29,828 bases of DNA from a virus. Its lineage: Duplodnaviria > Heunggongvirae > Uroviricota > Caudoviricetes. Positions within the stretch are counted from its first letter, which is position 1, and every line of letters starts with the position of its first letter. The notes under the pieces are model-generated. The model ran no database searches. It was not told the DNA's origin and worked only from the letters and a program-made list of their open reading frames with translations. Below are positions 24,406 to 29,828 of the stretch, piece after piece. Made by a program: the position numbers and the translations under genes. The stretch is from IMG/VR virus record IMGVR_UViG_3300044712_002337, positions 146,564 through 176,391 of that record; one strand, 5' to 3'.

Positions 24406-25875
24406 GTGGCCGCCCCGAGCGTGCAGTACGACGGCAAGAAAATCATCCCCGTCTCCGGCTGGCGGCTGGAGCGGGTGTACGAGCGGTCGGCCGACGGCTC
24501 CTCCCGCCGCCGCGGCTGGCAGGTGACCCTCAACGGGGTGCTGCTGCCCGGGAAGGGGTCGCCGGACGCCACCGGCGCGTTCTGGACCGGCAGCGGGTAC
24601 CCGCCGGACACGGCGGCCGGCTCGCTCGGCGAGGACGAGCTGTTCGACATCCTGAAGAGGAAGAAGCAGGCCCTCGCCCGGCTGTTCAGCGTGGACGGGC
24701 TGAACCTGGACGTGGTCCCGCCGAACGGCGGCACCCGGTACCGCATGCAGCCCCGCTGGGGCACCTTGTCGTTCGCCGAGGGGCGCGAAATCAACCACCT
24801 GCCGTGGGCGATTTCCCTCGACTGCGATTCCATCTCCCCGCTCGACGACGCGGACGAGCACGACCAGGCGAAGAACCCGCCGGAAGAGACCTGGCAGCTG
24901 GAGCGGGTGGACGACGCCGGCCGGCAGTACCGCCTGACCCACACCGTGTCCGCCCAGGGGAAGAAGCGGTTCGACGCCTCGGGGGCGGTGGTCGCTCAGG
25001 GGTGGGAAGTTGCTAAAGATTTGTGTTTGGGCGGGGCCACGGCCGGCGGGAGCTCGGTCAGTAAGCTCGGGTACCAAGCCCCGAAAGCGGACCCGACCGG
25101 GCTGCTGTCGCTCTCCGGGTTCGGCGCCTACAACCGCCAAATCACCCACCAGATTGACGAGGCGGCCGGGCGGTTCACGGTCAACGAAAGTTGGCTGTTG
25201 TTCGACCCGGCCGACCTGCCCACCGGGCTGACCGGCGGGGCGGCGGTCGAGGACTACCAGGTGGAGTCGCGGTACGCCGCCGACACCGGGCTGACCAGCG
25301 TGACGGTGAGCGGGACGATTAACGGGTTGGAACAGCGGCACCCGACCACGAACGCCGTCGTCTCGTCCCGCTGGGCGAACGCCTCGACCCGGGCGGCCGG
25401 AATCACCGAAGCCTGGGCGCTCGGCCTGGCCCAGACGGTGTCCGGGGTGACCCTGTGCCCGCGGGCCCTGAGCACCACCATCTCCCGGAACCGGGTTTCG
25501 GGTGTTATTTCGTACACGGCTAGTTTTGATAACAGGCAGGGCCCCAGTGACCCGAGCGAGGTGTTCCGCTCGTCGTCTATCGAGTTTCAGAACGCTGCCG
25601 ACGTGATTGCGGAAATCCCCGTCCCGTTCCGCGCGGCCGGCCCCATCCTGCAAAACTGCTTCACGGTCACCCGGCGGGTGGTGACCGTCAACATCGAGGT
25701 CGTCAAACAGGCCGTTTACGGCGGCTCCTGGACGGTCCCGGCCAACGACCCGCTCGCCCTCGCCCTGGCCGCCATCGGATACACTCCCACTCAGATGTAC
25801 ATGATTGCTGATTCGACGAGAGCCACCCTTGAAACAGGCCGCTGGTCGAGGTCTTCAACGTTTATTTTTCAATAA
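24406..25875 (+). CDS. putative tail/baseplate structural protein (489 aa)
   Basis: Long beta-rich ORF with repeated strand patterns (Y.LTHTVSA, FTVNESW, VISYTASF), between the tape measure and tail genes. Family assignment is inference. Confidence 0.65.
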   Translation: MAAPSVQYDGKKIIPVSGWRLERVYERSADGSSRRRGWQVTLNGVLLPGKGSPDATGAFWTGSGYPPDTAAGSLGEDELFDILKRKKQALARLFSVDGLNLDVVPPNGGTRYRMQPRWGTLSFAEGREINHLPWAISLDCDSISPLDDADEHDQAKNPPEETWQLERVDDAGRQYRLTHTVSAQGKKRFDASGAVVAQGWEVAKDLCLGGATAGGSSVSKLGYQAPKADPTGLLSLSGFGAYNRQITHQIDEAAGRFTVNESWLLFDPADLPTGLTGGAAVEDYQVESRYAADTGLTSVTVSGTINGLEQRHPTTNAVVSSRWANASTRAAGITEAWALGLAQTVSGVTLCPRALSTTISRNRVSGVISYTASFDNRQGPSDPSEVFRSSSIEFQNAADVIAEIPVPFRAAGPILQNCFTVTRRVVTVNIEVVKQAVYGGSWTVPANDPLALALAAIGYTPTQMYMIADSTRATLETGRWSRSSTFIFQ

Positions 25876-25877
25876 GA

Positions 25878-26840
25878 TTATTTAGCGTATCTCGATGGAG
25901 TTAAGATAGCTTCTTCAAGGGTCCAACCGAGCTCGTTAATTCGCGCTAACACAGTATAATAAGGAACGCGGCTCCTGGGGTCACGAGACCATTCCGCAAT
26001 TGATTTTATCTCGCCCCAGAGACGCATTTTTCTGGTGGTTCGCCGGTTATTAGCTTGTTGAAACCGGTCTGCCCACCGACAATTCTCGGGGCAGTAATTC
26101 CCGTCGTTATCGATACGATCAATGGTTAAGCCGTCTTGATACCCGTGACAAATAGCCCAATCTCTGAACACCTCGAAAGACACCGCCCATTCTTCGCACA
26201 CGCTGATGCCACGGCCGCCATAGCGTTTGAAAGCTTTATTTTTTTCATCGTTACACCTCTGGCACATTTGAGTCCATATTTTGTATAGCCGCGTGCGACA
26301 CTCACCGTGAGTGGTCTGGAAACCACCAATACTTGCCCGGTTCTCAGCATCCAAACAGCCGCAACTTTTAGTGTGACCATGTAACAAGCTTGTTAACTTC
26401 ACCTCTCGTTCGGTACCGCACTCACATCGACAAAGCACGACAGTTCTGGGTATACCGCTCACTTCTCCGCGGTAGGGATGACTGATTATTTCCAATCTGT
26501 TATGTTTCTTACCTATGTCGTAGTCGGCTTGATTGTAGCGTACGGCTAATGGGTCGTGACCGCACAGTCCCAACTTCACCATCCTCTTCTTAACACGAGC
26601 GTAAGTCATGCCGAGAGCGTGGGCTAACTGCTGTTTCGTGTTCACTTCGTGGTTCGCTCGTAGGTACCCGTCCTGCTCCTCGGTCCAAGCGTTCACCTCG
26701 AAGACGTTGGGTAACCCCATCCGCCGCTTCTTTTGTCCCACCTGTTCTGTTGTCCGGCCTAAATGACTAGCGATTTGCTCATTGGTCTGGTGAGTGTGGT
26801 CGCGGAGGAACTGCTCCTCCTCGGGGGTCCACTTGGGCAT
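25878..26840 (-). CDS. free-standing HNH homing endonuclease with two N-terminal Myb/HTH-like repeats (320 aa)
   Basis: 'WTPEEEQFLRDH..IA.HLGRT' and 'WTEEQDGYLRANH..LA.ALG'; 'CRCECG...TKSCGC'; 'RYGGRGISVCEEW'; 'TIDRIDNDGNYCPENCRWA...QANN'. GC is much lower than the flanks. Confidence 0.9.
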   Translation of the reverse strand: MPKWTPEEEQFLRDHTHQTNEQIASHLGRTTEQVGQKKRRMGLPNVFEVNAWTEEQDGYLRANHEVNTKQQLAHALGMTYARVKKRMVKLGLCGHDPLAVRYNQADYDIGKKHNRLEIISHPYRGEVSGIPRTVVLCRCECGTEREVKLTSLLHGHTKSCGCLDAENRASIGGFQTTHGECRTRLYKIWTQMCQRCNDEKNKAFKRYGGRGISVCEEWAVSFEVFRDWAICHGYQDGLTIDRIDNDGNYCPENCRWADRFQQANNRRTTRKMRLWGEIKSIAEWSRDPRSRVPYYTVLARINELGWTLEEAILTPSRYAK

Positions 26841-26887
26841 CGGCGAGTCCGTGCGGAAAGACGGGGGCGGGCCACCCCGGCATTATC

Positions 26888-26917
26888 AGTATAAATTATA
26901 CTATTTTAAAAGGGAAA
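26888..26917 (+). repeat. hairpin + TTAAAAGG element, copy 12 (all-AT-rich stem)
   Basis: AGTATA-AAT-TATACT then ATTTTAAAAGGGAAA. Confidence 0.8.
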
Positions 26918-26923
26918 TGTCAC
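26895..26923 (-). promoter_or_regulatory. sigma70-type promoter for the HNH gene
   Basis: Minus strand GTGACA-17 nt-TATAAT; the spacer contains the repeat motif. Confidence 0.65.
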
Positions 26924-27132
26924 GCCACCGCCAGCGCGGACAGGGCCGCCGTCACCTCCTCCTCGGTGTCGTACTCGTACACCAGCCCGCTGGCGCAATA
27001 CGTGCGATACACCTCCTCCCCCTCCTCGGGGGTGAGCAGGAACGGGACGCCCGCCAGACAGCGGCGGGCGAGCACCTCTAAATGCGCCGGAATAGCGTTG
27101 CTTTCGCCGTTAACGGGGGGTAAAGTCGACAT
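26920..27132 (-). CDS. hypothetical protein (70 aa)
   Basis: AGGAG RBS, ATG start, acidic C-terminal half. Confidence 0.65.
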   Translation of the reverse strand: MSTLPPVNGESNAIPAHLEVLARRCLAGVPFLLTPEEGEEVYRTYCASGLVYEYDTEEEVTAALSALAVA

Positions 27133-27268
27133 GGTAGCTCCTGCCGGGGCGGGGTCTTGTCCACCCTGCCCTGGAGACGGGTTTGCCGAGCGGGGACGCC
27201 GGCTGCCTAGCGGATGTGCTTAAGTTAGCCAATGTGCTAGGAATCGTCCATCCCGATTCGGAGCAAAA

Positions 27269-27553
27269 ATGTGCGCGGCCCTCACTTTGTCCAAGAAACC
27301 TAAACGCGGGGCGGCCGGTACGGGGGAGCCCAGCCTGTTCGGCCGGCACCTCCGGCGGTTCCGCCTGGCCGCCGGGTGGAGCCAGGAGAGGCTCGGGGGG
27401 GAGGCCGGCGTCCACCCGGTGACCATCTCCCGCATCGAGTCGGGCCACATGGCCGAGCCGGGGTGGGACAACGCCCACAAGCTGGCCGCCGCCCTGGGGC
27501 GGTCCTTGGACGAGTTCGTCGCCCCTTTTTCGGATGACCCCGATGTCTCTTGA
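27269..27553 (+). CDS. XRE/Cro-CI-family HTH transcriptional regulator
   Basis: 'FGRHLRRFRLAAGWSQERLGGEAGVHPVTISRIESG...P......KLAAALG.SLDEF' = HTH_3 pattern. Confidence 0.9.
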   Translation: MCAALTLSKKPKRGAAGTGEPSLFGRHLRRFRLAAGWSQERLGGEAGVHPVTISRIESGHMAEPGWDNAHKLAAALGRSLDEFVAPFSDDPDVS

Positions 27554-28049
27554 ATCCCCCGTGCGAGTGGCCCGCCCCCGCTGGCGGACAGTCGTCGCGT
27601 ACGCCGCCCTCGCCCCGGCCGTCGGGCTGGCGGCGCTGTTTGCGGTCATTGTGGTTCGGTCCTACCGCCCGGCGGTGAGCGAGGAGGTGCCCGCCCGACT
27701 GGTGAGGCAGGGGTTCGCCGTCACCCACGCCGAGTGGGGCGCGAAGAGCCGGTTCCCCGCCACCCTCCACTTCCTCCACCTGTTGTCACCCCCCGACGCC
27801 CGGGGCGACCGCTACGTCATGCGGGTGACGTGGACCCCGACCCAGGTGTGCGTGCTGTGCTGCCGCCAGGGGGCCGGGCGGGAGGGCTACGCCCAGGACC
27901 CGTGGACCCTCACCGTGGCGTACCCGCGGCACGCCTTCCCCGGCCGCGTCGACCCCGACGCCGGGGGCGGGGGCGAGGTGGACGCCCGCACCCGCGAGGC
28001 CATGATGGCTCATTGCGACCGGGTACTCTTGGCCGTGCGGGGCGAGTGA
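27543..28049 (+). CDS. N-terminally anchored membrane protein (168 aa)
   Basis: Hydrophobic helix TVVAYAALAPAVGLAALFAVIVV followed by a soluble domain; overlaps the XRE stop. Confidence 0.7.
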   Translation: MSLESPVRVARPRWRTVVAYAALAPAVGLAALFAVIVVRSYRPAVSEEVPARLVRQGFAVTHAEWGAKSRFPATLHFLHLLSPPDARGDRYVMRVTWTPTQVCVLCCRQGAGREGYAQDPWTLTVAYPRHAFPGRVDPDAGGGGEVDARTREAMMAHCDRVLLAVRGE

Positions 28050-28052
28050 CAC

Positions 28053-28087
28053 TTCTCCCTTTTAACATCGCGGGGCTCTGCCCCGCG
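28053..28087 (-). repeat. hairpin + TTAAAAGG element, copy 13
   Basis: Minus strand: CGCGGGGC-AGA-GCCCCGCG then ATGTTAAAAGGGAGAA, between convergent stop codons. Confidence 0.85.
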
Positions 28088-28094
28088 GCCCCGC

Positions 28095-29828
28095 TCAACT
28101 CCGCAGGGTGGCCCCCGGCACCCGGTCGGTGATGGCCTGGTGGACGAGCTCCTCGGCCATCTTCTTGAACGCCCCCTCGGCCGCCCGGAACGCCTCCAGC
28201 CCGTTGTGGGTGTGCGTGTGCTGGACGGTCGCCTTCAGCTCGATTTCCTCGGGCAGCTTCTCCAGCGCCTCGGCCAGCTTGTCCGCCTTCGGGGCGAACC
28301 CGGCCAGGGCGGCGGCCAGCGGGTCGGCCTTCTGGGCGAACTCCCGCAGGGCCTCGCCCAGCTTCGAGTCGACCGCCGGCCCGCCCGTGCCCCCCTGGCC
28401 GCTGTTCGCCTGGGCCAGGTTGCCCGCCCCGATCCGCTGGGCGGCCTGCCGGTTCAGCACGAACTCGCCGCCCTCCAGGAGGGCCGGGGTCTTGTCCCCG
28501 AGGGCGCTTCCGGGGACCGGGCCGCCGCTGGCGAACCGCCACACCGGCCCCACCTGGCGGGCCCCCGGGGCCGCCGCGGCCAGGTCCTGCTCGGGGGAGG
28601 TGGGGTTCCGCCACCGCCGCCAGGCCGCCTCCGCCCGGTCCCGCCGGGCCCCCTCGGCCGCGGCCGCCTGGGCGCGGGACAGGCTCCGCCGGCGGCGGGC
28701 GTCCCCCCGGTCCCCCAGCCGGCGGTCGGCGAACTGCCGGAGCAGGTCGCTCCGCTCCGGGTTGTCGGCCCGGGCGGCGTACCCCTCGTTGGCCAGCCGG
28801 CCGGTGCCCGAGTCGTCGCCGGCGAAGGCGTCGGCCGCCAGGGCCCGCCGGGCGAAGTCCCGCTGCTCGCTCCCGACCAGGGAGGCTTCGGCCCGCCGCC
28901 CCCGCCGCCGGTCCTTGGCGTCGAACGCCTGCTGGCCGAACGCCACCCCCAGCTCCCCGTCCCCGGCCCGCCCGGCCCGGTCGAGGGCGGCCAGCCCCCG
29001 CTCGCGGGCGCGGCGGTCGGCCCGGGCGGCCTCCTGGGCCTTCCACACCCCCACCCGCTTGTCCATCGCCCCCCGCGCCCGCGCCGGGGCGGACTCGGCC
29101 GTGGCCCGCCCGAGGTCGGCCGGGACGGCGTCCACCAGGGCCTGGTCCTGGGCCAGGGCGAGGGCGTCCCGCCGCGGGTCCTCCCCCACCACCCCGCCGG
29201 CGGCGAACCCCTTGGCCGCCCGCCACGGGTTCACCCGGTGGAGCGCCTGCCCGCCGGCGTGCAGGAGGGAGTCGACCAGCCCGCGGTTGGCGGCCACCGT
29301 CCCCTTGGGGATGACCGCCTCGCCCGGCTGGAGGACGGCCGGGACGGTGTCCACCCCCTTGGCCGGCACCCCGGCGTTGGTCCCGTCCCACCCGGCCGGG
29401 GGGACCGGGTACGGGGTGAGGGCGGCCGGCTCGACCACCCCGCCGGCGGCGAACCCCCGCACCGGGCCGACGAACGCGTTCCCCTCCTCCCGCGGCGGGC
29501 CGACGAGCTCGCCCCGCCCGCCCAGGGCGGCGTTGAACCGCCGCAGGGCGGCGGTGGCCTCGTCCAGCGCCTTGGAGTTTTCCGTCTGGCGGGCGGTCAG
29601 TCCGTCCAGCGTCTTCCCGCCGGTGAAGGCGGCCAGGGCGTCGGTCAGGGACTTCTGGCCGGCCGCCCCCAGCCCGAGCAGCTTGTCCCCGCCCACCCCG
29701 CCGGCGAGGGACAGCTCCCCCTTCAGGCGGTCGAGCTCCCGCCGGGCGTCCCGCCGCTCGCCCGTCTTCGGGTCCTCGGCCAGCCGGGTGGCCTCCTCGG
29801 CGGCACTGCGGGCGGCCGCCCGCAGTGC
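28095..29828 (-). CDS. tail tape measure protein, C-terminal part (5' end outside window)
   Basis: Frame is open to the window end. Ala/Arg/Glu helical repeats plus 'FAAGGVV...DTVPAVLQPGEAVI' and 'FASGGPV...DKTPALLEGGEFVLN', the typical TMP C-terminal D.vPa.L..GEfV motif. Confidence 0.85.
   Translation of the reverse strand, partial: ALRAAARSAAEEATRLAEDPKTGERRDARRELDRLKGELSLAGGVGGDKLLGLGAAGQKSLTDALAAFTGGKTLDGLTARQTENSKALDEATAALRRFNAALGGRGELVGPPREEGNAFVGPVRGFAAGGVVEPAALTPYPVPPAGWDGTNAGVPAKGVDTVPAVLQPGEAVIPKGTVAANRGLVDSLLHAGGQALHRVNPWRAAKGFAAGGVVGEDPRRDALALAQDQALVDAVPADLGRATAESAPARARGAMDKRVGVWKAQEAARADRRARERGLAALDRAGRAGDGELGVAFGQQAFDAKDRRRGRRAEASLVGSEQRDFARRALAADAFAGDDSGTGRLANEGYAARADNPERSDLLRQFADRRLGDRGDARRRRSLSRAQAAAAEGARRDRAEAAWRRWRNPTSPEQDLAAAAPGARQVGPVWRFASGGPVPGSALGDKTPALLEGGEFVLNRQAAQRIGAGNLAQANSGQGGTGGPAVDSKLGEALREFAQKADPLAAALAGFAPKADKLAEALEKLPEEIELKATVQHTHTHNGLEAFRAAEGAFKKMAEELVHQAITDRVPGATLRS

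Noticed and set aside
23860-25653. 597-aa minus-strand ORF
   Set aside because: Antisense to 24406..25875, which has the natural composition and codon bias.
3712-28087. Calling copies 3, 7 and 13 ordinary rho-independent terminators
   Set aside because: They follow stop codons, but the tail is ATKTTAAAAGG rather than a U-run. Equivalent copies sit in the opposite orientation or inside genes, so a terminator label does not explain the family.
1-29828. Stop-codon reassignment or a diversity-generating retroelement
   Set aside because: Genes are full length in the standard code with normal stop/start overlaps. No reverse transcriptase or adenine-variable repeat pair was seen.

Overview
A ~30 kb piece of a very GC-rich tailed dsDNA phage genome (probably a large phage). 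No rRNA, tRNA, CRISPR array or integrase is visible. From left to right: (i) a leftward block with a RusA-like partial gene, a P-loop kinase/ATPase and a DGQHR/DndB-like ParB-fold protein behind a near-perfect sigma70 promoter; (ii) a ~450-nt non-coding, hairpin-rich interval; (iii) a rightward block with SSB, two GT-B glycosyltransferases, PhoH, a run of apparently degenerate sugar-pathway enzymes, an HTH-nuclease, a Rad52-like annealing protein and a Zn-binding protein; (iv) a small module of a secreted Cys-rich peptide, a TM-TPR protein and a wHTH protein; (v) a leftward, translationally coupled tail protein > Cys-rich GT-A > radical SAM unit; (vi) further probable virion genes, a low-GC HNH homing endonuclease, an XRE repressor plus membrane protein, and the 3' part of the tape measure gene. 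The main unexplained signal is a dispersed AT-rich motif, RTKTTAAAAGG(G/T)NRAA, found 13 times in both orientations. In 9 copies it directly abuts a perfect hairpin whose stem sequence varies while pairing is kept. Protein calls come from motif recognition by eye; no database search was run. Most long ORFs in the supplied track are antisense artefacts of high GC.
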